Source: Alphaproteobacteria bacterium (lineage in GTDB: Bacteria > Pseudomonadota > Alphaproteobacteria > UBA7985). From it: a DNA stretch of 64,000 nt. Position numbers and translations under genes: made by a program. This document shows, piece by piece, positions 1-10,256 of the stretch; position 1 is the first letter of the stretch; each line of letters starts with the position of its first letter. The notes below the pieces were generated by a model. It was not told the DNA's origin. It ran no database searches and worked only from the letters and a program-made list of their open reading frames with translations. The stretch is from positions 11,271 through 75,270 of the forward strand of contig CBFIBS010000013.1 in the NCBI GenBank assembly GCA_965660945.1, read 5' to 3'.

Positions 1-453
1 GGTCCGATCGACCATCTGACTGATGGTCTGGCTCTCGATCGGCAGACCGGTGGCGGGCGAGTAGGGGACGCCGACCCGGGCGTAGAGCAGGCGCAGATAG
101 TCGTAGATTTCCGTCACCGTGCCTACGGTTGAGCGCGGGTTCTTCGACGTGGTCTTCTGTTCGATCGAAATCGCCGGAGACAGTCCCTCGATGCTGTCAA
201 CATCAGGCTTTTCCATCATTTCCAGGAACTGCCGGGCGTAGGCCGAGAGGCTCTCGACGTAGCGGCGCTGACCCTCCGCATAAATAGTATCGAACGCGAG
301 CGAGGATTTGCCCGATCCGGACAATCCGGTGATCACCACCAGCTGATTGCGCGGCAGGTCGATGTTGACCCCACGCAGGTTGTGCTCGCGCGCCCCGCGC
401 ACGGAAATGTAGGGGCTTTCGTTGGCGGCGAAGCCGGTCTTCTTCGAAGGCAT
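1..453 (-). CDS. uvrA: Excinuclease ABC subunit A, 5' part (runs off the window; absent from the ORF track)
   Basis: Manual translation from ATG at 453: MPSKKTG...[62 protein letters not shown], the canonical UvrA N-terminus with Walker A. Confidence 0.97.
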   Translation of the reverse strand, partial: MPSKKTGFAANESPYISVRGAREHNLRGVNIDLPRNQLVVITGLSGSGKSSLAFDTIYAEGQRRYVESLSAYARQFLEMMEKPDVDSIEGLSPAISIEQKTTSKNPRSTVGTVTEIYDYLRLLYARVGVPYSPATGLPIESQTISQMVDRT

Positions 454-719
454 AGGGAGGCCGATCGGGTTCAGGTTCAGTTAAATCGACCCAAGAGACT
501 AAGGCTTTTCCCCGGCAGCGCCAGACCGGGACGACGCATTTCTGGGGTTAACCGCGCCCACTGACTGGCTGGGGATGGTCTGGCGTCGAATTCGCGCAGC
601 AATCGCGTCAATTTGGCATCAATGCCGCCCCTCTGCCGCCCCCCTGCCACCGCATGCGCAGCACAGCGCAGGCTCGTGCTTTCGCGGCCTTTCAAGCGGG
701 CTGAACGCAGGGAACAGGG

Positions 720-1214
720 TCAGACGGGGTAGCGGATCTTGAGTGCCCGCAGCACCACGTCAGGGACAAAATCGGTGACATCACCGCCCAGACTGGCGAT
801 TTCTTTGACCAGCGACGACGCGATGAACTGGTGGTTCTCAGCGGCTGTCAGGAACACCGTATCAACCTTGGGGTTCAGGTGCTTGTTCATGGTGGCAAGC
901 TGAAATTCGTATTCGAAGTCCGACACCGCGCGCAGACCCCGGATGATCAGCGACGCGCCGACCTCGTCGGCAAAGTGCATCAGCAGCGAGCCGAAGGAGC
1001 GCACCTCGACCTCGCACTCACCGAAGTCATTGGCGTCAATCAGATCCCGGATCAGCTGCACACGCTCTGGCGGGGTGAAGGCGGGGTTTTTACCGGGGCT
1101 GTTGGCCACGGCGACGATGAGGTGATCGACCACACCGGCCGCGCGCATCATGATGTCCAGATGCCCGTTGGTGACGGGGTCGAAAGTGCCGGGGTACAGA
1201 CCGGTTCGCCTCAT
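720..1214 (-). CDS. coaD: Phosphopantetheine adenylyltransferase
   Basis: YPGTFDPVTNGHLD, IIRGLRAVSDFEYE and SSLVKEIA motifs; follows gyrA. Confidence 0.97.
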   Translation of the reverse strand: MRRTGLYPGTFDPVTNGHLDIMMRAAGVVDHLIVAVANSPGKNPAFTPPERVQLIRDLIDANDFGECEVEVRSFGSLLMHFADEVGASLIIRGLRAVSDFEYEFQLATMNKHLNPKVDTVFLTAAENHQFIASSLVKEIASLGGDVTDFVPDVVLRALKIRYPV

Positions 1215-1231
1215 GCCGCTGCTATCCTCTT

Positions 1232-4081
1232 CTATTCCTCGGTAGACGGGGCATCGCTGTCGCCGTCAGCATCGCCGCCGCCGTTAACGCCGCCGTCCTC
1301 GTCATCCTCGTCGTTACCCGGGTCGTCGAGCCGGGCCACGGATACGATCTGCTCGCCCTCTGCGACACGGAAGACGAACACCCCGCGGGTGGTCCGCCCG
1401 GCGATCCTGATTTCGTCGACCGAGGTCCGGATCATCATGCCAGCATCGGTCACCAGCATCAGCTGGTCGCCGGCCTGCACCGCGAAGCTGGCCGCCACGC
1501 GGGCGTTTTCGCCCCCGGCGCGACTGACGTCGATCGCGGCCACGCCCTGGTTGCCCCGGCCCATGGCCCGGAACTCGTAGGCGCTGGTACGCTTGCCCAG
1601 CCCGTCCTTGCTCAGCGTCAGAATGAACTGCTCGGCTGCGGCCAGCTGGGTCAGCCGCTCTTCGGACAGCAGCCCGCCGCCACCGACATCGGTGCCGCTG
1701 GCACCTTCCTCTTCGGCGCGGCGCATGGCGTTGGCGTGACGCACGTAGGCGTCGCGCTCCTCAGCCGAGGCATCGACGTGGTTAAGGATGGCCATAGAGA
1801 TCACGCGATCTCCGCTTTCCAGCCGCATGCCGCGCACGCCGGTCGAATCCCGGCCCGCAAACACGCGCACGTCGGTGACCGGGAAGCGGATGCTCTTTCC
1901 GCCCTCGGCCGCAAGCAGCACGTCCTGATGCTCGGTACAGATGGCGACGTTGACGAGGCTGTCGCCCTCGTCGAGCTTCATCGCGATCTTGCCATTGGCC
2001 TTGACCGACACGAAATCGCTGAGCCGGTTGCGCCGGATGCCACCGCTGGCAGTCGAGAACATGACGAACTGGTCTTCGGCCTGATCCTCGTCTTCGGGCA
2101 GGGGCAGGAAGGCGGTGATGGTCTCACTCGGCTCGAGCGGCAGAATATTGACCATGGCCTTGCCCCGTGCCTGGGGTGTTCCGGCAGGCAGGCGGTAGAC
2201 CTTGAGCTTGTAGACCATGCCGCGTGAAGAGAAGAACAGCACCGGCGTATGGGTGTTGCAGACCATGACCTGCGCCACGAAGTCCTCGTCGCGGGTGGCC
2301 ATGCCCGAACGGCCTTTGCCGCCCCGGCGCTGCGCGCGGTAGGTGTCCAGCGCCACGCGCTTGACGTAGCCGCCATGGGAGACGGTCACGACCATATCCT
2401 CGCGCGGGATCAGGTCTTCGATGTCGTAGTCGGCTTCGTGGTCCTCGATGGTGGTCCGGCGCTCGTCGCCGAACTCCTCTGCCACGGCCAACAGTTCGTC
2501 CTGCACCAGCCCCATGCGCAGGTCGCGGTTGGACAGGACTTCGAGGTACTCCTTGATCTTGCCCGCCAGCTCTTCGAGTTCGCTGGCAATCTTGTCGCGC
2601 TCCAGCCCGGTCAGGCGGGAGAGCTGCAGCGCGAGGATGCCGCGCGCCTGTTCTTCGGAGAGACTGTAGGTGCCGCTGTCGCTGACCCGGCGCCCGGGCT
2701 CGTCCAGCAGCTCGATCAGCGGCCGGATGTCCTCGGCAGGCCAGTCGCGCTCCATCAGCTGCATCCGCGCCTCGGCGGGATCGGCAGCCTGCCGGATCAG
2801 GGTGATGACGTCGTCGATGTTGGCCACGGCGACGGCCAGCCCGACCAGAATGTGCGCCCGATCGCGCGCCTTGCCCAGCTCGAAGGCCATGCGCCGGGTG
2901 ACCACTTCCTCGCGGAAGTCGACAAAGGCAGCAATGATCTGCTTGAGGTTCAGCATTTCCGGCCGGCCGCCGTTGATGGCGAGCACGTTGCAGCCGAAGG
3001 ACGACTGCAGCGGCGTGTGCTTGAACAACTGGTTGAGCACGACGTCGCCCTGGTGGTCGCGCTTGACCTCGATCACCACCCGCATGCCGTGGCGGTCGGA
3101 TTCATCGTTGGCGCTGGCCACGCCCTCGACGATCTTGTCCTTGGCGAGTTGCACGATGCGCTCGACCAGTCGTGCCTTGTTGACCTGATAGGGCAGTTCG
3201 GTGACCACGATGGTCTCGCGGTCCTTGCGGTTTTCCTCGATGTGGGTCTTGGCGCGGATCACCACCGACCCGCGGCCGGTGTGGTAGGCATCGCGGATGC
3301 CGCGGCGGCCGAGGATCATGGCCCCGGTCGGGAAGTCCGGCCCGGGCAGGTGCTCCATCAGGTCATCGATGGTCAGGCCTGGATTGTCGATGTAGGCCGC
3401 GCAGGCGTTGATCACTTCGGTCAGGTTGTGCGGCGGAATGTTGGTCGCCATGCCCACGGCGATACCGCCGGCACCATTGACCAGCAGGTTGGGGTAGGGC
3501 GCGGGCAGAACCTGCGGCTCCTGCCGGCTTTCGTCGTAGTTGGGCTGGAAGTCGACCGTGTTCTTGTCGATGTCCTCGAGCAGGCCTGAGCCGAGCTTGG
3601 ACAGGCGTGCTTCGGTATAGCGATAGGCAGCGGGCGGGTCGCCGTCCATGGAACCGAAGTTGCCTTGCCCGTCGATGAGCATGGCGCGCATCGAGAACGG
3701 CTGCGCCATGCGCACCATGGCGTCATAGATCGCGCCATCGCCGTGCGGGTGGTAGCCACCCATGACTTCACCCACCAGGTTTGCGGATTTGCGGTAGGCG
3801 CGGTTCCACTCATAGCCGCCGGTCTTGGCGGTGTAGAGAATTCGGCGGTGAACCGGTTTCAGGCCGTCGCGGACGTCGGGCAGGGCGCGCGAGACAATGA
3901 CCGACATGGCGTAGTCCAGATAGGACTTGCGCATCTCGGAAACCAGCGACACCGGCGCGATATCGTCAGGCAGAGCGTCGAGGCCTGGCCCGTCGTCCCG
4001 TCCCCCGTCGTCGCCACCATCCGCACCGCCATTCAGGCCGGCTTCGGTTTCTGGTGGCAGATCGTCTTCGCTGTCGGACAC
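1232..4081 (-). CDS. gyrA: DNA gyrase subunit A
   Basis: [42 protein letters not shown] (catalytic Tyr) and GyrA-box QRRGGKG. Confidence 0.98.
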   Translation of the reverse strand: MSDSEDDLPPETEAGLNGGADGGDDGGRDDGPGLDALPDDIAPVSLVSEMRKSYLDYAMSVIVSRALPDVRDGLKPVHRRILYTAKTGGYEWNRAYRKSANLVGEVMGGYHPHGDGAIYDAMVRMAQPFSMRAMLIDGQGNFGSMDGDPPAAYRYTEARLSKLGSGLLEDIDKNTVDFQPNYDESRQEPQVLPAPYPNLLVNGAGGIAVGMATNIPPHNLTEVINACAAYIDNPGLTIDDLMEHLPGPDFPTGAMILGRRGIRDAYHTGRGSVVIRAKTHIEENRKDRETIVVTELPYQVNKARLVERIVQLAKDKIVEGVASANDESDRHGMRVVIEVKRDHQGDVVLNQLFKHTPLQSSFGCNVLAINGGRPEMLNLKQIIAAFVDFREEVVTRRMAFELGKARDRAHILVGLAVAVANIDDVITLIRQAADPAEARMQLMERDWPAEDIRPLIELLDEPGRRVSDSGTYSLSEEQARGILALQLSRLTGLERDKIASELEELAGKIKEYLEVLSNRDLRMGLVQDELLAVAEEFGDERRTTIEDHEADYDIEDLIPREDMVVTVSHGGYVKRVALDTYRAQRRGGKGRSGMATRDEDFVAQVMVCNTHTPVLFFSSRGMVYKLKVYRLPAGTPQARGKAMVNILPLEPSETITAFLPLPEDEDQAEDQFVMFSTASGGIRRNRLSDFVSVKANGKIAMKLDEGDSLVNVAICTEHQDVLLAAEGGKSIRFPVTDVRVFAGRDSTGVRGMRLESGDRVISMAILNHVDASAEERDAYVRHANAMRRAEEEGASGTDVGGGGLLSEERLTQLAAAEQFILTLSKDGLGKRTSAYEFRAMGRGNQGVAAIDVSRAGGENARVAASFAVQAGDQLMLVTDAGMMIRTSVDEIRIAGRTTRGVFVFRVAEGEQIVSVARLDDPGNDEDDEDGGVNGGGDADGDSDAPSTEE

Positions 4082-4267
4082 AGTCTACTCCGCGGCAGGA
4101 ATCCGGCTGTTTTCACACCCTGGATCACGGGGCCGCAGAGCACAGAACATCAGCACACGGGCGACCCGAAAAAAGGTGCCTTCAACCTAGGAAATTATGC
4201 GATTGCTGGCAAGGAAAACCGCGACATTTCAAGCCGTTTCACCGCGGTTCTCAGGACCCTGTTCTGA

Positions 4268-4813
4268 TCAGAACGGGATATCGTCGTCAAAGTCTCCGCC
4301 GCCGCCGGAACCGCCGTCGCCGAAGCTGCTGGTGCCGCCTGAGGAGCCGCCGCCGAAGCTGCCGCCGCCGCTGCCGCTGCTGCCGCCGTTACCGCCGCCG
4401 AAACCGCCGCCGGAACCCCCGCCAGAGCCGCCGAAATCGCCGCCTCCACCGCCGCCGCCGCCGTCACCACGGCTGCCAATCATCTGCAGCTCACCCCGGT
4501 ACTGACCCAGCACCACTTCGGTGGTGTATTTGTCGTTACCTTCCTGGTCCTGCCACTTGCGGGTCTGGAGCTGGCCTTCGATGTAGACCTGCCGTCCGCG
4601 CTGGAGATAGCGCTCGGCCACGTCGGCGAGGCGCTCGTTGAAAATCACCACCCGGTGCCACTCGGTCTTTTCGCGTTGCTCACCGGTCGCCCGGTCGCGC
4701 CAGCGCTCCGAGGTTGCAATCGAAAGCTGAACAACCTTACTGCCATTGCTCGTTGTGCGGACTTCAGGGTCGCGGCCGAGGTTACCAACCAGAATAACTT
4801 TGTTCACACTCAT
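4268..4813 (-). CDS. ssb: Single-stranded DNA-binding protein
   Basis: [18 protein letters not shown]-fold, Gly-rich linker and C-terminal DDDIPF. Confidence 0.98.
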   Translation of the reverse strand: MSVNKVILVGNLGRDPEVRTTSNGSKVVQLSIATSERWRDRATGEQREKTEWHRVVIFNERLADVAERYLQRGRQVYIEGQLQTRKWQDQEGNDKYTTEVVLGQYRGELQMIGSRGDGGGGGGGGDFGGSGGGSGGGFGGGNGGSSGSGGGSFGGGSSGGTSSFGDGGSGGGGDFDDDIPF

Positions 4814-4900
4814 TGTCGGGGCTTTCGTAAAATTGTTATACGCCGTTGCTAACGGCTAAAGCGTTCCTGAGCAATAACAGCGCTTGTGCATAACCTGCAA

Positions 4901-4915
4901 GAACATTAAATGAAC
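4901..4915. promoter_or_regulatory. Alphaproteobacterial LexA (SOS) box
   Basis: GAAC-ATTAAAT-GAAC is an exact GAAC-N7-GAAC direct repeat, 88 bp upstream of the ssb start in an AT-rich divergent intergenic region. Confidence 0.8.
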
Positions 4916-4943
4916 AAACGCATAAAAACCGAGGGGTAGCACC

Positions 4944-5654
4944 ATGGATATGTCAGCGGTCAAGGGCCTGCTTTTTGACAAGGACGGCACGTTGCTGGAC
5001 CTGCATGCAACCTGGGGCATGGTGCTGAACGAAATGATCTGGTTCACGGCCGGAGAGGGGGAGCAGCGGCTCGCCGAAGACCTCGCCCGGATCGGGGGCT
5101 ACGATCTCGCGACCAAGCGCTTTACCCCGGACAGCCAGCTGGCGCAGGGCGACTGGGGCTCAATCTTCGAGGCCTGGCAGCAACGTCTGGGGCCGGACAA
5201 GGGCAAGCGCCTGTTCCTGTTTCTCGACGAGTTGCGGCAGGGTAAGCGCCGCCGGGCTTCGGTTGCGCTGGGCGAAATCCGCCCGACGCTCGAGCGTCTC
5301 GCGGCTGCGGGGCTGAAAATCGGGATCGCCACCAACGACGCAGAGGTCCCTGCGCGGCGGGATATGGAGCATATCGGCGTGGCCGATCTGTGCGATGTCA
5401 TCTACGGCCACGACAGCCACGGCGCGAAACCGGGCCCGGAGATGATGGCCGCCTTCTGCGCTGAAACCGGTTTGCGACCCGATCAGGTGGCCATGGTCGG
5501 GGATACCATGACCGACCTTCGCTTCGCCCGGAACGCCGGGGCGCATTGCTGCATCGGGATCATCGACCCCAGCTACGCCAACCAGCCCTTCGTCGAGGGC
5601 GTTGACCTACAGGTGGAGCACGTAGACGCCATTCCGGCTCTGCTGGGCCTCTAG
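4944..5654 (+). CDS. HAD-family hydrolase (phosphoglycolate phosphatase-like)
   Basis: FDKDGTL motif I, ATND motif II, KPGP motif III and MVGDT..D motif IV. Confidence 0.88.
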   Translation: MDMSAVKGLLFDKDGTLLDLHATWGMVLNEMIWFTAGEGEQRLAEDLARIGGYDLATKRFTPDSQLAQGDWGSIFEAWQQRLGPDKGKRLFLFLDELRQGKRRRASVALGEIRPTLERLAAAGLKIGIATNDAEVPARRDMEHIGVADLCDVIYGHDSHGAKPGPEMMAAFCAETGLRPDQVAMVGDTMTDLRFARNAGAHCCIGIIDPSYANQPFVEGVDLQVEHVDAIPALLGL

Positions 5655-5689
5655 GGCGTGCCAGCAAGCGGCGGCGTCAGGCGCCTTTG

Positions 5690-7105
5690 CTAGCCCGCGC
5701 TGTCGGTCGCATCGATGATGCTGACACGGCTGCTCCCGGCCTCGACCCATGCCTGCAGCGTGATCACCCAGCGCTCATGTAATTCTTCGCTGTCCAGAGC
5801 CGAGCGCCAGGCGCGAACCGCCAGATCCGTGTTCTCGCGGGCTTCCTCAAGTAGGCCCTCGACCACGCGCAGCTCGGGCGGGATGCCGTGCAGATGCTTC
5901 ATGTACATGGCGATATCTTCATCGAGGACGATGTTGATGTGTCCCATACCGGTGAAGCTGTCGAGGTAGAGCACCTGCCGGATTTCGGCGACGATTTCTT
6001 CCAGCGTGAAGGCCGAGCGCAGGGCTTCGCCGTTCTTGCGCTGCTCGGTGGCCAAATAGGAGCCGGAGAGGATGGCATTGTAGAAATCGGTGACGTTCGC
6101 GCTTTCGCGGCGGAAGCCGCAGCGCTGTGACTGGCGGAACCATGCCTGTTTCCGCGCCGACCGCCGGGAGTCTGCAAACTGTCCGCACAGCAGCAGGGTC
6201 CAGCTGGCAAAACGGACATCGGTGCTGGCGGCCTCAGCCTGCGCGGTCAGCTGTGAATTCTGCAGCAGGCGGTCGCGCACACCCTGCAGCAGGCCCTGAC
6301 AGTGGGCTGCGCGGGCGGTGGGGCTTTCGAGGAACAGCAGCTTGGTGATGTTGTAGGGACGGGCAGCGTCGTATCGCGCCTGCAGACGGGATGCGAGGTC
6401 GTCGCGCCCGAGCCGCATCGCCGCGGTGATCGGCCAGTCGAGGAAGTCTGAATCAAAGGCTGTCTCGGCGAAGGGAATAAACCTTTCCAGATCACCGACG
6501 AGGAACTCCGCCTTGGGATACCAGTTGTCGGCCAGCCCCGGCGGCGCCAGTCCGCGCGGCATCAGCACCTGCCCGAACCAGAGGCTGGCGTAGTACTGGT
6601 CCTCAATGCCCATGTAGCGGGTGATGTAGTCGATCAGTACCTGAATATCATCGCGGACGATGATGTCGTCGGGCACGACCGACAGCGACAGCTTGCCGCC
6701 TTCCTCGTCCATGCGCGAGAAGGCGACCGCGGCGCGTACGATCCCGGAGACGGCGACCAGCAGGTTCGTGTCTTCCTTGTTGCTGTTCATGATCTCCAGC
6801 AGGTGATTGACCAGATCGGTGCGGTACCACGTGCCGCACAGCCGCAGCTCCTCCTGCAGATCACGCGCGGCGCGCAGGCTGTCCCAATCGTTGGTCCAGT
6901 CCTCGGACCGCTCCGCGCTGCTGGTGAAGGTCAGCATCATGTCGAGGAAGACCCGGCGGTAGGGATCCTGCGGGTCAAAGGCCTGCGCCTGAGCACGGTT
7001 GGCCTGCGCCACTAGCAGCCCGAAGGCCAGCACCAGCGCTATCAGGCCCCCAAGGGCCAGTCGCAGCGGGGGAAACGCGTGCCGTGTCATCATCGGTTCA
7101 GCCAT
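5690..7105 (-). CDS. Putative exported protein of unknown function, last gene of the MoxR operon
   Basis: 471 aa ORF with signal peptide ending AQAQA; starts 4 bp after the upstream gene; no recognised domain. Confidence 0.7.
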   Translation of the reverse strand: MAEPMMTRHAFPPLRLALGGLIALVLAFGLLVAQANRAQAQAFDPQDPYRRVFLDMMLTFTSSAERSEDWTNDWDSLRAARDLQEELRLCGTWYRTDLVNHLLEIMNSNKEDTNLLVAVSGIVRAAVAFSRMDEEGGKLSLSVVPDDIIVRDDIQVLIDYITRYMGIEDQYYASLWFGQVLMPRGLAPPGLADNWYPKAEFLVGDLERFIPFAETAFDSDFLDWPITAAMRLGRDDLASRLQARYDAARPYNITKLLFLESPTARAAHCQGLLQGVRDRLLQNSQLTAQAEAASTDVRFASWTLLLCGQFADSRRSARKQAWFRQSQRCGFRRESANVTDFYNAILSGSYLATEQRKNGEALRSAFTLEEIVAEIRQVLYLDSFTGMGHINIVLDEDIAMYMKHLHGIPPELRVVEGLLEEARENTDLAVRAWRSALDSEELHERWVITLQAWVEAGSSRVSIIDATDSAG

Positions 7106-7109
7106 GGGG

Positions 7110-10100
7110 TCAGGACTCCGCCTCTGAAAGGTATTCCCGGATCAGGTAGTCGGCGATCGTCGCCATGATCATGAGCACAACCAGCGCCCAGGTCAGGTCC
7201 CAGACACGCTCTCGTGTGCCGGTTTGATCGAGCTGCACCAGCGCCTGCGGCACGGCCAGATCCTCGGGGTCGAGCACGGTGCCGCCACTGGCCAGCGCAA
7301 GGGCGCGCAGCGAAGGCAGGTCGGCGCCTCGGTCCAGCGCCAGCGGTTCGGTCTGGCGGTGCAGCAGCGCAGGCCGGATCAGGCCGCTCTTCTCGAAGGC
7401 GCGGGCGCGCCCCTGCCGGTCCGTGCCTTCGCCAAGGATGCGCAATTCGAACACCTCCGGCAGTTCGCGGATAGGGCCGAAGTCGCCCAGCCAGCGCCGC
7501 TCGGACCCGGTCAGCTCGAAGCGGGCCAGCGGCTCGCCCCGGTCGGTGTCGGTGTCGGTGTCGGTGTCCCCGCCTGCTGCTGTCGTGCCATCTGCACCCG
7601 GCTCTTCGGCCTCAACGGCGAATAGCTCGGCGACGAAGCCGGTGGGCGCGAAGGGGTCGATCGATTGGTGATCGAGCGCCAGCAGTACATGGTTGCGTCC
7701 ATCCCGCGTCAGCTCCAGCCCGACGGCGTCGCGGGGATCGGTGCGGGTGGCCCAGGCAAAGGCCCGTGCCAGCGCTACCTGGAAGATCGCGTTGTTGGAC
7801 AGGCTGCCCTCAGCCCCGCCATCGCGCAAGGACGTGCCCAGCACCGAGACCCGGCCGCCCAGCGCGGCGCGTTCAATCAGGCCTTCGGCGGTGCTTTGCG
7901 GCGCCCGGGTCAGCACCCAGTCGGTCCACAGCGCCAGATCCAGCGGTCGACCCTCCTCGGGTTGATAGCCCGGCTGTCCGAGAATGAAGCGCGCGCCATC
8001 ACGGGCGGAGAGGATCGAATAACCGTTGATCGCGCCGACCCCGTAGTCGCGCACTGGCAGGCCGTCGAAGAAGCGGTGCCGCTGGTTGAAGCTCGGTTCC
8101 TCGATCTGCTCGTCCTTGTAGGTGGTCATGCGGCGGGCAAGCTGCCCGATCGGGATGGTGAACTGGTCAAGGTAGGCGTAACCCCCGCCAGCTTGTGAGA
8201 CGTTGAACAGCGCATTGAAGCCCTCCGAGGCGATGCCGAAGCGCTGTCGCAGGGTCGCATCGCGGCTGTTGAGCACCGTGTAGGCATCGGGCAGCGAGCC
8301 TTCGCCATAGGCCATGGCGATGCCGTTGATGATAAAGTCGTCTTCGCCGTTCAGCCGCGCGGCGAGCGCGGGGGCGTTGTCACGCTGGAACACGCCGTCC
8401 TCGTCAACCCGCCACGACAGGAACGCGCCGAGGTCGGGGTCGGCCCCGTCACTGATGATCAGCACCCGGCGTTCGTCGGGCAGGTCGAGGCCAGCCTCTT
8501 GCGCCATGATCAGCGAGCGGCGGGTTTCAGCCAGCGCGTCGTACATGGCGAGGCCCTCGGGCTGCAGGCCCAGCTGCCGCCGGCGCTCGAATTCCTCGGC
8601 GAGCAGGCTCAGCGCATCCCGAATCTGGGTTTCAAGCGCCTCGACGCCCTGGAAGGTGTCCAGTGGCACCAGCTCATGCACCTCATCGGAAAACCCGAAC
8701 ACCCGCACCAGCGAGCCTTCGGACAGAGGCGCGAAGCTCTCGACGATGTAGTTGACCGCCCGATCGAGGGTTTCGGGCTTGTAGAACAGCGAGGCGGAGA
8801 CATCGAGAACGCCCACGGCGAGGATCTTCGGGTCGCCGGAGGAGCCCTTGGGGTCGACGTTGACCGGCAGTACCCGCGCGATCGGGGTCGCCGCCAGTCC
8901 CTTGACGCCAAAGGTTTCGTCACCGCCGGCGATGAAGAGCCCGCCGCCGCGCTGAACGAAATCTTCGATTTCTCCAAGCAGCATCTGCTGGCTCAGGCCG
9001 TCGCCGATCTGTCCGGGCGCGAGGTCGGTCATGATGATCAGGTCGAAGTCGAAGAAGTCCAGCGGGTCGGCGGCGTCTACGCCGGTGCGGCGCGGCAGGT
9101 CTTCGGGCGTGACGCGTTCGATCTCCCAGTTAAGCTCCTCCATCACCGTATCGATCAGCGCGATCGGCTGCTGGCCGCCATCGAGCCAGAGCACGCGCGG
9201 GATGGCCATCGCCGGGATGATCCGCGACTGAAGATTGTCGGGCAGCACCGGCTGGGCAATGCGCGCCTGAGGAACCGGTTCCGGGTCGTCGTCGAGCGCC
9301 AGCGTCATCTGCACAAAGGCGCCCTCGGTGTCCTGCTCGAGGATCAGCGGTGAGCATGACAGGGTGTCCGCGCCCTCGCTGATGATGATCGCGGCGGTGC
9401 CAACCGGATCACCGTCCAGACAGGCGAAGCGGAACAGGTCCTGCACGGCCTCGCCCTGCAGCGCGCCGAGGTAGGCCACGCGCTGTTCGGGCTGGGGCTT
9501 GATGGCAAGGTCGACGGGCAGGGCCACCAGACGGTTTTCGAGGTCGCCCTGACGCAAGAGCGACAGGTTCTGAGCCTCACCGATGATGAAGCGCGGGCTG
9601 TTGGGCCGCTCGAGCCGGTGCGCGGGGTCGCCTTTCTGCGGCACCACCAGCACCGGCACTTCACCCCCGGCGAGCAACTGCAGCACCTGCGTGATCTGGT
9701 CGGGGTCTTCGGCACCCTGTCGTGTGGTCAGGCCGTCGGTCATCAGCACGATGACCTGCGCGGGTGATCCGGCCCCGGCGGCGAGGGTTTCCGCGACGAT
9801 GGCGGAAAGGTCGGTGGCCGCCCCGTTGAGGTCGCGGACAGCGTCCAGCCCATTGGCAAAGCGTTCGAGTTCCTGCGAGCCTTCGGCGAAGACGCGTTTG
9901 CGCACGTCGGCGTCCACGCCCAGATCGCGCACGATGTCGGCGCTCAGTCGGTCGGCCGCGGCAAGGTATTCTGCAACAGCCGGGGCATCGCCGTGGACGA
10001 GGCTTTCCGAGACATCGAGCAGCACGTCGATCCGCGCCTTGGTTTCCAGCGGCACGGTCTGCCGGAACTGGGTCAGGCCCAGCCACAGCAGGGCGATCAT

Positions 10101-10256
10101 GCCGACGACGATCCCGCGCAGCAGCAGCGACAGCACCAGCACCGAAGCGCGCTGGTTGCGTGAAACGCCAGTCAGCCGGTCAAGTCCGCGCCGCAGCAGC
10201 GGGGCCAGCCAGAACAGCAGCCCGGCGAGGATCAGGCCGAGGATGGTCAGACTCAT
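7110..10256 (-). CDS. Membrane protein with two vWA domains and a class I glutamine-amidotransferase-like domain
   Basis: N-terminal TM pair; DVSES...ATDL...MTDG MIDAS; FDLIIMTD...FVQRGGGLFIAGGDETFG...LPV GATase-like segment; second vWA DVSAS...IISDG; LRALALASGG motif and C-terminal TM. Confidence 0.85.
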   Translation of the reverse strand: MSLTILGLILAGLLFWLAPLLRRGLDRLTGVSRNQRASVLVLSLLLRGIVVGMIALLWLGLTQFRQTVPLETKARIDVLLDVSESLVHGDAPAVAEYLAAADRLSADIVRDLGVDADVRKRVFAEGSQELERFANGLDAVRDLNGAATDLSAIVAETLAAGAGSPAQVIVLMTDGLTTRQGAEDPDQITQVLQLLAGGEVPVLVVPQKGDPAHRLERPNSPRFIIGEAQNLSLLRQGDLENRLVALPVDLAIKPQPEQRVAYLGALQGEAVQDLFRFACLDGDPVGTAAIIISEGADTLSCSPLILEQDTEGAFVQMTLALDDDPEPVPQARIAQPVLPDNLQSRIIPAMAIPRVLWLDGGQQPIALIDTVMEELNWEIERVTPEDLPRRTGVDAADPLDFFDFDLIIMTDLAPGQIGDGLSQQMLLGEIEDFVQRGGGLFIAGGDETFGVKGLAATPIARVLPVNVDPKGSSGDPKILAVGVLDVSASLFYKPETLDRAVNYIVESFAPLSEGSLVRVFGFSDEVHELVPLDTFQGVEALETQIRDALSLLAEEFERRRQLGLQPEGLAMYDALAETRRSLIMAQEAGLDLPDERRVLIISDGADPDLGAFLSWRVDEDGVFQRDNAPALAARLNGEDDFIINGIAMAYGEGSLPDAYTVLNSRDATLRQRFGIASEGFNALFNVSQAGGGYAYLDQFTIPIGQLARRMTTYKDEQIEEPSFNQRHRFFDGLPVRDYGVGAINGYSILSARDGARFILGQPGYQPEEGRPLDLALWTDWVLTRAPQSTAEGLIERAALGGRVSVLGTSLRDGGAEGSLSNNAIFQVALARAFAWATRTDPRDAVGLELTRDGRNHVLLALDHQSIDPFAPTGFVAELFAVEAEEPGADGTTAAGGDTDTDTDTDRGEPLARFELTGSERRWLGDFGPIRELPEVFELRILGEGTDRQGRARAFEKSGLIRPALLHRQTEPLALDRGADLPSLRALALASGGTVLDPEDLAVPQALVQLDQTGTRERVWDLTWALVVLMIMATIADYLIREYLSEAES
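7542..7568. repeat. In-frame hexanucleotide repeat (GTCGGT)x4.5 encoding DTDTDTDTD
   Basis: Seen directly in the sequence. Confidence 0.8.

Noticed and set aside
703-715. GAAC...GAAC upstream of uvrA as a LexA box
   Set aside because: The spacer is 5 nt, not the required 7.
2249-3589. Long antisense or alternate-frame ORFs (also 10160-11803, 24519-25577, 46502-47896, 52558-53814 and others)
   Set aside because: They shadow well-supported genes and are expected from stop-codon scarcity in high-GC coding DNA; no motifs were seen.
4197-4505. Poly-proline ORF
   Set aside because: It is the antisense of the Gly-rich SSB linker.
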